Source of the DNA: Naegleria gruberi
Lineage: Eukaryota
DNA: 64,000 nucleotides
Assembly: GCA_000004985.1 (NCBI GenBank)
Contig: GG738874.1
Direction: 5' to 3' (one strand)
Position 1 is the first letter of the stretch. Each line of letters starts with the position of its first letter. The position numbers and the translations under genes are program-made. Below the pieces are notes generated by a model. It worked only from the letters and a program-made list of their open reading frames with translations. It did not search any database and was not told the origin of the DNA. Shown here piece by piece: positions 1 through 8,657 of the stretch.

Positions 1-1
1 C

Positions 2-1339
2 ATATTTAAAAATAATAATAATTTTAATCAAAGATTAGAATTTTTAGGAGATTCAATTTTAGAAATTATAATTTCACATTTTTTATTTGAAAATTTTAAA
101 AATGAAAATGAAAACTTCCTAACTAGGCAAAGATCAAAAATAGTTTCAAATCAAAATTTAAATGAAATTGGTAAATTATTAAAAATAGATAAATATGTAT
201 ATTATAAAATTAATTTAAATGATAAAATAATTTCAGATATAATTGAAAGATTAATTGGTGGTCTATTTTTAGATCAAGGTTTAGATTTTTGTATTTTATT
301 TATTAAAAATAATATTTTAAAATTTTATTTAAAAAATATAAAAATTAAAAATAATTATCATAGTTATGAAATTCCAAATTTATATAAATATAAATTAAAT
401 AATGAATTAAATTATAAATTAAATTTATTAGAAAAGGAAATTGGAATTGTTTTTAATAATAAATTTTTATTATTAGAATCAATTACACATCAATCATTTA
501 AATTACCATTTATAGTAAATAATTATGAATTTAATTATCAAAGATTAGAATTTTTAGGAGATTCAATTTTAAAATTTATAATTTGTTTATATTTATTTTT
601 AAAATATTCAAATTTAAATGAAAATGAATTAACAAATTTAAAACAATTAATTATTAATAATAATAATTTAAATTTAAATAATTTTATTTCTAATTTTATT
701 TTATTTGATAATAATTTAATTAATATTGAAAATATTAAATGTGATGTTTTAGAATCTTTAATTGCTGCTATTTATTTAGATAAATTTGGTTTTTATAAAT
801 TTAATAATAATTCAAATAATAATTTATATACTAATAATAATTTAAATAATACTAATATAGAAATAATTGATATATATTCTAAATTTATATATAATAATAT
901 TATATGTAAAATTGAAATTGATCCAAATAATATTCAAATACCATATAAAACACAATTACAAATGTTATTACAAAAATATTATAAATTATTACCTATATAT
1001 GAAACAATTCAATCCAATTTTGATTTTATTACAATTATTTATTTAAATAATATTAAATTTATTAATGGAGAAGGTAAAGATAAAAAACAATCCGAAAATA
1101 ATACTGCTAAATATGGTATTGAATTAATTAATAATTATATTAACAAGTATAATACATGTCCCTCTTTAGAATATTTATTAAATGGTAATAATTTAAAAAC
1201 ATTTTTTAATAATTTAAATATTACATTTGATTTGAAACATTTAATTGAGGTGAATAATCAATCTACAGCAGCTGCTGATACAACTAATTCAAATGATGAA
1301 TTGATGATTAACATTTTATATTCCAATCTATTAGAATAA
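2..1339 (+). CDS. Dicer-like RNase III endoribonuclease, C-terminal portion (5'-partial at window edge): two RNase III domains plus a dsRBD-like tail
   Basis: Open frame from nt 2 to the TAA at 1337-1339. The track shows only 962..1339 because there is no upstream Met. The RNase III catalytic signature QRLEFLGDSIL occurs twice (about nt 29-61 and 539-571), each followed by the conserved acidic/Gly segments (ERLIGG..LDQG; ESLIAAIYLD). The C-terminal part (PYKTQLQMLLQK...KYGIELI) looks like a dsRBD. Coding DNA is extremely AT-rich with N/K/I/Y-rich inserts. Confidence 0.75.
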   Translation: MFKNNNNFNQRLEFLGDSILEIIISHFLFENFKNENENFLTRQRSKIVSNQNLNEIGKLLKIDKYVYYKINLNDKIISDIIERLIGGLFLDQGLDFCILFIKNNILKFYLKNIKIKNNYHSYEIPNLYKYKLNNELNYKLNLLEKEIGIVFNNKFLLLESITHQSFKLPFIVNNYEFNYQRLEFLGDSILKFIICLYLFLKYSNLNENELTNLKQLIINNNNLNLNNFISNFILFDNNLINIENIKCDVLESLIAAIYLDKFGFYKFNNNSNNNLYTNNNLNNTNIEIIDIYSKFIYNNIICKIEIDPNNIQIPYKTQLQMLLQKYYKLLPIYETIQSNFDFITIIYLNNIKFINGEGKDKKQSENNTAKYGIELINNYINKYNTCPSLEYLLNGNNLKTFFNNLNITFDLKHLIEVNNQSTAAADTTNSNDELMINILYSNLLE

Positions 1340-1434
1340 ACTATCAATCTAAACATTCTAGTATATAAAACATAATAAAACATATAACAATTAAATATAT
1401 ATAAAAACACATATTTAAATAATAATTTATTATA

Positions 1435-2514
1435 TTAAATAATTCCAACAACTTTTAAAACAATCAAAACAATTGCAATGGCAGCACCCAAAGCTAAAAA
1501 TATTAATAATAAAATACAAAATAAATTTCTACCAATTTTTGAATGTTTTTCAGCCTTTACAATATTTTCCTTTCCTTGTTCAATTCTATAAGAAGTTTCT
1601 TCAATTCGATCTTCAATTAAATCTAAATCTTCACCTTGTTGAATTGTTAAAAAATGTAATTCTTTAAAAATTCCATTAATTTCTCTAATTGAATTTTCAA
1701 CTTCAATTATATCTTTTTCTCTTTCAATTAATATTTTTGTATTAAATTCAATTTCATTATCTAATTGTTCATCTTGTAATTGATATTTATTTCCATTATA
1801 GGAATTATTTAATAAAGATGAATTTTCACTTGATTGATATTTTAAATATTCTTGATTTTTTTGAAATTGTTGTAAAGTTTCTTTTTGTACTTTTAAACAA
1901 TTTGTTGTTTGTTTTTTATATTCTTGTAAAATTTGATCCATTTGATTTTTTAATTTTTCAATTTTCTTTTTTTGTAAATTTAAATTTTTAAATAATTTTT
2001 CATAATGTTCTAATTTTATAATTAAATTTGATAAATTTTCAACTTTTTGTGAAGATTTTTTAATTATAACTGAAAGTGATTCTCTATGTTCATGTGTATC
2101 TTTAATTGTTCCTAATATAGTATTAGTAGATTTTTGTATAGAAAGTGTTGCCTTATTAATTTCAGATAATAATTTTTCAATTTCTGAACAAACTTCTGAA
2201 AATTCTTCTTCTTGATCTGTTTGATTTTGATTTTGATTATTATAATTATTTTGATGATTATTTTGATTATTATTATTAGGTGATGATGATTTAAATGTCG
2301 TTGATTGTTGTTGTTGTTGTTGTTTAGATGATGATCGTCCACCACTGCCATTATTACCACTATTACCACCACTAATACCGTTAGAAGTTACAGCTTGTTT
2401 TCTCATATTATTATTATTATTAGAATTATCATAGTTATTATTATTATTATTATTAGATAGAGAAGGTGATGTTGAACCTCCCTTCTTTTCTCTGATAACA
2501 TCTCGGAATGACAT
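1435..2514 (-). CDS. Qa-SNARE syntaxin (t-SNARE) with N/Q-rich low-complexity N-terminus and C-terminal transmembrane anchor
   Basis: 359-aa ORF. The SNARE motif has the central Gln (FLTIQQGEDLDLIEDRIEETSYRIEQGKENIVKAEK). A hydrophobic C-terminal segment LFCILLLIFLALGAAIAIVLIVL is followed by a short tail. The Habc-like helical region is preceded by poly-N/poly-Q. Confidence 0.75.
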   Translation of the reverse strand: MSFRDVIREKKGGSTSPSLSNNNNNNNYDNSNNNNNMRKQAVTSNGISGGNSGNNGSGGRSSSKQQQQQQSTTFKSSSPNNNNQNNHQNNYNNQNQNQTDQEEEFSEVCSEIEKLLSEINKATLSIQKSTNTILGTIKDTHEHRESLSVIIKKSSQKVENLSNLIIKLEHYEKLFKNLNLQKKKIEKLKNQMDQILQEYKKQTTNCLKVQKETLQQFQKNQEYLKYQSSENSSLLNNSYNGNKYQLQDEQLDNEIEFNTKILIEREKDIIEVENSIREINGIFKELHFLTIQQGEDLDLIEDRIEETSYRIEQGKENIVKAEKHSKIGRNLFCILLLIFLALGAAIAIVLIVLKVVGII

Positions 2515-2903
2515 TTTTTTTATTGTTATTACTGTTGCTGATGATGATATTATTATAATGGATTCTAATTTGATAATGGTATCTTTTTTTCAGTGTTGTT
2601 ATTATCCAGGGGGGCGGAAAGTGAAGAAAAATGTTGAGTAAAGGAAAAAATGAACAATAAACAAATATTTTGTAATATGTAGTTTATTTTTGAGTTTGAC
2701 ATTTTTTTCAGCAAGAAAAGTAACTCAATGAATTCATACACTATTAAACTTTGTAATCAGCTACCACGAAATGGTAGAATTATTTAAATTAAATCGTCTT
2801 TTTTAACAGTAAACAAGATTTAGAACGATTTGAGAATAGCTATTTTTTTGTTTTTGCTCATATCTCAAGAACGAATGTTGGTTATCAACCTCAAAATAGT
2901 AAA

Positions 2904-2953
2904 NNNNNNNNNNNNNNNNNNNNNNNNNNNNNNNNNNNNNNNNNNNNNNNNNN
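2904..2953. other. assembly gap (50 N)
   Basis: Run of n characters in the sequence. Confidence 0.95.
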
Positions 2954-3235
2954 TCGTTGATTGTTGTTGTTGTTGTTGTTTAGATGATGATCGTCCACCA
3001 CTATTACCATTATTACCACCACTAATACCGTTTGAAGTTACAGCTTGTTTTCTCATATTATTATTATTATTATTAGAATTATCATAGTTATTATTATTAT
3101 TATTAGATAGAGAAGGTGATGTTGAACCTCCCTTCTTTTCTCTGATAACATCTCGGAATGACATTTTTTTTATTACTGTTGATGATGATATTATAATGGA
3201 TTCTAATTTGATAATCAACTTTTCAACATGTTATC
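2954..3235 (-). repeat. partial duplicate (about 95% identical) of the 5' end of the syntaxin gene at 2280..2590: first ~85 codons plus 5' flank, abutting the gap
   Basis: nt 2954-3235 align with 2288-2590 (tcgttgattgttgttgtt...ataatggattctaatttgataat) with a few indels and substitutions (GGNNGNSGG vs GGNSGNNGSGG). The ORF track shows the same N-terminal peptide MSFRDVIREKKGGSTSPSLSNNNN in both 1435..2514 and 2865..3218. Confidence 0.5.
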
Positions 3236-3421
3236 AACAACAATAACAACAACACCTGTTGTTATGAGAAATGAATAATATAGAGGTAATATTAAACATG
3301 TTTCAATGATGATAAACAATTTATCATCTTTTTTATTTTGTTATACATTGAAGAGTCGTCTACTACCAATAACAAGAAACATACTCTCTTTTTCAAACGT
3401 ATTGTTCCCGCTCAACTAGTT

Positions 3422-4267
3422 TTACTCTTCCTTTTCTTCATTTTCTTCTTTTAAATAATTTAAATGATCAGTCCATTTCAAATCATCTGAACGTGGTAAA
3501 TAACCAGTTAATTTTGTAACAATAAATTCCATACTTCTCCAAAAGTTAATGGAGTGAAGTGGATAATTCAACCAACCAGTTGTAATACAATAATAAGTAT
3601 CAAATGGTGATTTGTGATGATAATTATGTGAAGATCTACTTAACAGAATACCACTTGATTGTAAAATCTTTACAATAGTTGGTACTTGGTATTGATGTGA
3701 CCATTTATGAATTTGATTAGTAAAAGCAATCATTAAAGCTAAGAAAGTATAATATAAAGTAAAGAATAAATCATTTGAATATGAAATTAATGGAATTGCA
3801 CCTAACATACAAGAAACCAATGCATTATCACCATTAGTTTCAATAAAATCATGTTTACACATTGCACTAGGAGCAATATGATGTTCACGGAATGATCTAA
3901 TAAATGTTTGACCCACCAATGGTGCATCAAGTGTACCCCAAGTATCAGCAATCCAATGAACAATACCACTAATAAAATCTGCTGTTAACATACCAAGAAA
4001 AATACCAATAATTACTTGATATCCTAATTGAATAATATTAACTTCACTAATATAGGCTAATTTAACAGATTGATATAAATTTAAAGGTAATAATATTAAA
4101 TAATATAATGTAATAAAGAATATTTCCATCATTCTTTTAGATGTACTATAACCTGATTTGAGTATTTCTTCCTTTTCTTGTTTGGCTTTTTTAAAGAATT
4201 CATGATTAGGCTTGACTGTTGTAGCTGTAGTATTATCTGCAGGTGCAGCCTTGATTTGATCTGTCAT
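3422..4267 (-). CDS. plasmanylethanolamine desaturase / TMEM189 (Kua, PEDS1-like) membrane desaturase
   Basis: 281-aa ORF with the TMEM189 histidine boxes and surrounding blocks: HWIADTWG, FREHHIAPSAMCKHDFIETNGDN, FTNQIHKWSH, HNYHHKSPFDTYYCITTGWLNYPL. Several TM helices. Confidence 0.8.
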   Translation of the reverse strand: MTDQIKAAPADNTTATTVKPNHEFFKKAKQEKEEILKSGYSTSKRMMEIFFITLYYLILLPLNLYQSVKLAYISEVNIIQLGYQVIIGIFLGMLTADFISGIVHWIADTWGTLDAPLVGQTFIRSFREHHIAPSAMCKHDFIETNGDNALVSCMLGAIPLISYSNDLFFTLYYTFLALMIAFTNQIHKWSHQYQVPTIVKILQSSGILLSRSSHNYHHKSPFDTYYCITTGWLNYPLHSINFWRSMEFIVTKLTGYLPRSDDLKWTDHLNYLKEENEEKEE

Positions 4268-4919
4268 TTACAAAGAGAGAGTAGGTGTGTGTGTGGATGG
4301 TAGTGATGGTGATATGTGATAATAATAGGTGATGAATATTATTATTATTATATAATTGAAAATAATTGTGTCCAGGAGGTTGAGGTTAGGTTGTTGTTGT
4401 TGTCGGGGAGAATGTGATGGTGTTGTTGGGGTATTTTTTTAGGCTTGAATATTTTGGTTCTACTTGTTCCCGTTGTGCTTAGCGTGCGACTGAATAAGTT
4501 GATTCGGTGTGAGCCTTCTAATATTCCTTATTCAATATTCATATATTTACAATATAAGCCTTCTTTAATTGGCATAACATCTTTTTCTGTTGCATACTTG
4601 TTGGAGGGAAATGATATTGTGTGATGGTGAATGGACTCCATTGTGTGTGGTTAATAATTTCATCAACTTGATTTTAACTTTCCAATCGTTGGTCGCACCA
4701 TGCACTAGCATTTGCAAAAATTGTCCACTAAATTGTACAAATAAATCAATTCACATAATAGCTCTATATTTGTAGATAAAAAGACACTACTCCATTCAAT
4801 TGAAGATGTTATTCATTGAATATTATTGAATTAATAGTAGACTCCACTCGATCAGTTGAAAAAAGATCACAATAAACCTTAATAACAATAAATCAATAAT
4901 TTTTTAAATCAACACAAAT

Positions 4920-7900
4920 TTATTGTTGAAACTCTGATATTGGTTGATTATAAACAATTTCTGGAGGTGGAACAAGACCAAGAGTTAATTGTTGTTTTGG
5001 AACTTGTTGTTGTTGCAAAATTGGTTGTTTTGGTGGTGGTGGCATTCTCATTTGTTGTTGTTGGTAGTATTGTTGTTGTTGTTGTTGGTGAGGATTGAGA
5101 GGACGGTTGGAAGGAATGTTAGTACAGTTTGCTTGTTGATTTGTTTGTAAAACTATTGGAACATGTTGTGAATTCATTGGTAATACTTGAGCTGTTTGAT
5201 AGTGGTGATACATTTTCATCATTTTACCATTACTAGTTGACATGTAAAAACCACCATTAAAATTTGGACAATCTTTCATTAAATAATCATCAATAATCAT
5301 CTTGTAAGAATCCAATGAACCATTTAACTCTGATTTAAATATTACATAATTTAACATTGGACATCCATCAAAATGTGCTTGATGAATAATATCATTCATA
5401 CAAGTATTTCCATAATTACTACCACTGCTACCACTAGTGCAACTACCACTACTGCTACTACTACAAGTGGATGATGATCTTGACATTGTTACTGATGGTA
5501 ATTGTGGACAATTTTGAACTTGAAGTAATTTCAATTTGTATGTTTCTAATTGAATATGATTCTTCAATTGTGAATTATTTCTTAAAAATAATTTAGCAAG
5601 TGAATTGGAATGAATATATAAATTTTCTAACATGTTCAAATTCAATAATTGTAAACCCTTAATTGAATTATTATGAATATGTGGTGATACAAGTGCATGA
5701 CAATTTGATAAAACCAATGCTTGTAATCTTGATGCATTTTCTTCACTTAAATATTCATTCAATACTTGATCTGTTAAATGAGCAGCATTAGAAATACTCA
5801 AATATTCAACATTTTTAAAAAATTGAAACAAGTTATTCATTCTATCATTTGGATAAACACAAAGTGAAATTGCAACCTTTGATAAATTACTTGTACCTAA
5901 AAGGTTAATATTTTCTAATATTTTACAATCAGTAAGATTCAATGAATTTAAATTTGGACAATTTAAATTTAAATTTCTAATATTTACACATCTAGAAATT
6001 TGTAAATTAGAAAAATCATTACCACAATTAATTGAAAGTGTATGTAATATTGGATGTCCTTCAGATGGTAATTTAAATAAAACTAATTCTGTTAATTTTG
6101 GTAATTGTGTTAATTCTAATTCTGTTAATTGATTACAAGCATCAATACTAACAGATTCAAGTTTTGAACAATTATTAAATTTGATAAATGTTAATTGATC
6201 ACACATAAACAATTGAACACTTGTTAAAAGTTTTGAACTCAAATTAAATTGAGTAACACTTTGTAAATCCAAAATATCTAACTTTTCACATCTATCAAGT
6301 GCTGTTACAATTTTATCATTTTGGAAAATGTTCAATGAACTTGATCTAATACTAAATGTTTCAATAGTTAATTCAGAATCTTCAATAATTGGCAAATCAA
6401 GTTGTGAAATGGATTCAAACTTTAAAAGTGAAATCTTCTTATTACTATTAGAACCAAATATTAAATTAGATAACTTGTTTAACTTGGAAATTGAAATACT
6501 TGTAATATTTGAATTATTAATAGATACAGGTTGTGAAATGATAGTATTTTCATTACATTCAAGTTTAATTTGTTCCAAGCATTCCAAACCATTCAATACT
6601 TTAGTTAGCATTAAAGAATTAACATCATTCCAATTTGAAATGTGTAAATTCTTTAAATATTTAAACTTTTTAACAAACAAGTTAACATTTTCATAATTAT
6701 CAACACCTAAAAATCTAACAACAAGTGTTGATAACTTGTCTGCCTTGCTATTAGTAGCAATTTCACATAATTGTTCGTTATTAATAGAGAACTTTGGAGT
6801 GTTTAAGCACTTGAGTGTTTTTAAATTTTTACAATTTCTTAATAAAAAGTTAACATGATCAAAAGTAACACTCTTAACATGATCCAAGTTTAAATGTTCT
6901 AATCTATCAGCAATACTTGTTAAAATAGGTTCAATATGTTCAATTTCTAATGTGCTAGCATCAATATCAATCAAAGCTTTACAAGTTTTACAAATTTGTA
7001 ACAAGGCTTCTGACTTGAGTTGACAAGATGTTAATTGATTATTAATTAATGTTGCTCTATTAACAATCTTGATCTTTTTTAAATTAGTATAAATAGAAAG
7101 GAATTGTGCAAGTGAGGCTTGATCAATTGAATACAAAATTAATTGTTCAAAAGGAGAAGCAACATTATACATTCCAAATACTTGATAATGGAATAAAACT
7201 AAAGCATTCATAGAAACCAATGATGGAATCAATTTGGTAATATCTTCGTTACGCCATAACAAATTTGTTCTACTTGTACGATGGAAATGTTTTGAAACTT
7301 TACCAACACTCTTGATCAACTCAATTCTATTAATAAAAGACATTATTTGATATAAAACTTGTGCTGGAATTATTCCCAACTTCCATTTTGTTGTTCTTGT
7401 TAAAGAGGCTATCGAAGTAGAAGATTCTATTTTAACCTTCTTACATTGTTGTGTATCTTCTAATAAATTATTGGAGGTGTTGAAAATATCTTCTGTGGCG
7501 CTAATTTCATCGTTTGAACGTTTTCTTAATGCTGATGATGATTCATCGTTACTTGTTGTTATCATATGGGCGGTATTGGAGAAGAGAGAAAATGGTGGTT
7601 GGTTAAAGTTTGTTGGTTGGGATTGTGGTGGATAGAGAATTGTACTAGTTGGAATTTGGAAAGAAGGGAATGAAAAGAATCGATTATTATTATTATTCAT
7701 GGTACTATTATTTTGTTGTTGTTGTTGATAGTGAGGAGGATAAGAAAACATTGTATTTATATTAGTGATGTTATTATTGTTATAATTTGAACCATTATTT
7801 TGATGAGATGGTGGAGCAAGAATAACACTTGAAGCAATTTGATGGGAAGGAGTTATTGTTGATGAGTAATGTTGTTGTTGAGGAGTAGATGTTGTGGTGA

Positions 7901-8042
7901 ATTGATTGTTCATTTTTTCCAATTGGATTCCCATTGAAAAATCAAGCCTTTCGCTGCCAGGTTTGATAAATCTTTCCTCTGTCGTCAAGTAGCGTTCTAT
8001 TTTAAATTCCTTTTCATGCGAAGTGTTCCTGCTATTCGTCAT
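4920..8042 (-). CDS. F-box / leucine-rich-repeat protein (FBXL-like, Cys-containing LRRs) with N/Q-rich N-terminal region
   Basis: 1040-aa intronless ORF; ATG at 8040-8042. F-box-like segment WKLGIIPAQVLYQIMSFINRIELIKSVGKVSKHF. Long array of LxxLxLxxCxxL-type repeats (LEHLNLDHVKSVT, LKTLKCLN, LDILDLQSVTQ, LTELELTQLPKLTEL...). poly-Q/N and poly-S low complexity. Confidence 0.65.
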   Translation of the reverse strand: MTNSRNTSHEKEFKIERYLTTEERFIKPGSERLDFSMGIQLEKMNNQFTTTSTPQQQHYSSTITPSHQIASSVILAPPSHQNNGSNYNNNNITNINTMFSYPPHYQQQQQNNSTMNNNNNRFFSFPSFQIPTSTILYPPQSQPTNFNQPPFSLFSNTAHMITTSNDESSSALRKRSNDEISATEDIFNTSNNLLEDTQQCKKVKIESSTSIASLTRTTKWKLGIIPAQVLYQIMSFINRIELIKSVGKVSKHFHRTSRTNLLWRNEDITKLIPSLVSMNALVLFHYQVFGMYNVASPFEQLILYSIDQASLAQFLSIYTNLKKIKIVNRATLINNQLTSCQLKSEALLQICKTCKALIDIDASTLEIEHIEPILTSIADRLEHLNLDHVKSVTFDHVNFLLRNCKNLKTLKCLNTPKFSINNEQLCEIATNSKADKLSTLVVRFLGVDNYENVNLFVKKFKYLKNLHISNWNDVNSLMLTKVLNGLECLEQIKLECNENTIISQPVSINNSNITSISISKLNKLSNLIFGSNSNKKISLLKFESISQLDLPIIEDSELTIETFSIRSSSLNIFQNDKIVTALDRCEKLDILDLQSVTQFNLSSKLLTSVQLFMCDQLTFIKFNNCSKLESVSIDACNQLTELELTQLPKLTELVLFKLPSEGHPILHTLSINCGNDFSNLQISRCVNIRNLNLNCPNLNSLNLTDCKILENINLLGTSNLSKVAISLCVYPNDRMNNLFQFFKNVEYLSISNAAHLTDQVLNEYLSEENASRLQALVLSNCHALVSPHIHNNSIKGLQLLNLNMLENLYIHSNSLAKLFLRNNSQLKNHIQLETYKLKLLQVQNCPQLPSVTMSRSSSTCSSSSSGSCTSGSSGSNYGNTCMNDIIHQAHFDGCPMLNYVIFKSELNGSLDSYKMIIDDYLMKDCPNFNGGFYMSTSNGKMMKMYHHYQTAQVLPMNSQHVPIVLQTNQQANCTNIPSNRPLNPHQQQQQQYYQQQQMRMPPPPKQPILQQQQVPKQQLTLGLVPPPEIVYNQPISEFQQ

Positions 8043-8577
8043 CCGTTAGAAGAAGAATTTCAAGGAGCGAGGAGTAGTAGCCTTGTCGTGTGAGGTGTTC
8101 ATTTGCTGTCAGTAACATTCTAATAGAAGATTTTGCAACAAATGTTACGTAATAAGGAGGACCTCATACAAACTCCTACCATTCGGAGAGCTAATCAAAT
8201 ACAATGCATTGTATCATTAATTGGAAGATGATGTGTCAGTATTAGATTGCATATTACTTTTGGTTGGATCAGTAAAAAAAAGTGATAATGGATTACATTA
8301 GAAGAGGAATTAGAATCGAAATACACGTGTCTGTAATATTTTGGTGATTCAGATATCCTCTCTGAATTGATAAGTCAGAGATTGGAAAGTAACTTGGAAA
8401 CTTAATGTTCCAATACAAGTTCATTATAATATTCTAATACCTCTCTGTGTTGGTGTTCATAGTTTAATTGATCTTCTAAAATGTTATTAGATTGTTATCA
8501 GATTCAAGACTCAATTTATTCACATTATTCATATAACAAGTTCAATTAAATTTATTGGAAGTTTGTATTTGATGAAA

Positions 8578-8632
8578 TTTGGCGCCTTAATTATTGTACA
8601 TTTAATCATCTACAATAACGAAGTTTGGCGCC
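8578..8632 (+). promoter_or_regulatory. two E2F-like TTTGGCGCC motifs 26 and 72 bp upstream of the 8658 ATG
   Basis: tttggcgcc at 8578-8586 and 8624-8632. E2F consensus TTTSGCGC. Confidence 0.35.
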
Positions 8633-8657
8633 ATTTTTAAAAAATAAAATATAAAAA

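Noticed and set aside
1473-1667. Many short ORFs in the track lying antisense or out of frame inside long conserved genes (e.g. 1473..1667, 2112..2372, 6328..6696, 9793..9996, 10060..10512, 10148..10384, 10958..11278, 11951..12356, 13318..13560, 15913..16185, 21630..21818, 23846..24566, 34225..37596 set, 39634..40675, 43507..43782, 45287..45496, 45652..46177, 61249..62743 set)
   Set aside because: They overlap CDSs that have clear homology or domain support on the other strand or frame. They have low-complexity translations typical of AT-rich DNA read in the wrong frame.
2830-3218. ORFs 2830..3087 (+) and 2865..3218 (-) translated through the N run
   Set aside because: They span an assembly gap (the X residues). 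Only the minus-strand duplicate of the syntaxin N-terminus is real sequence, and it is reported as a repeat.
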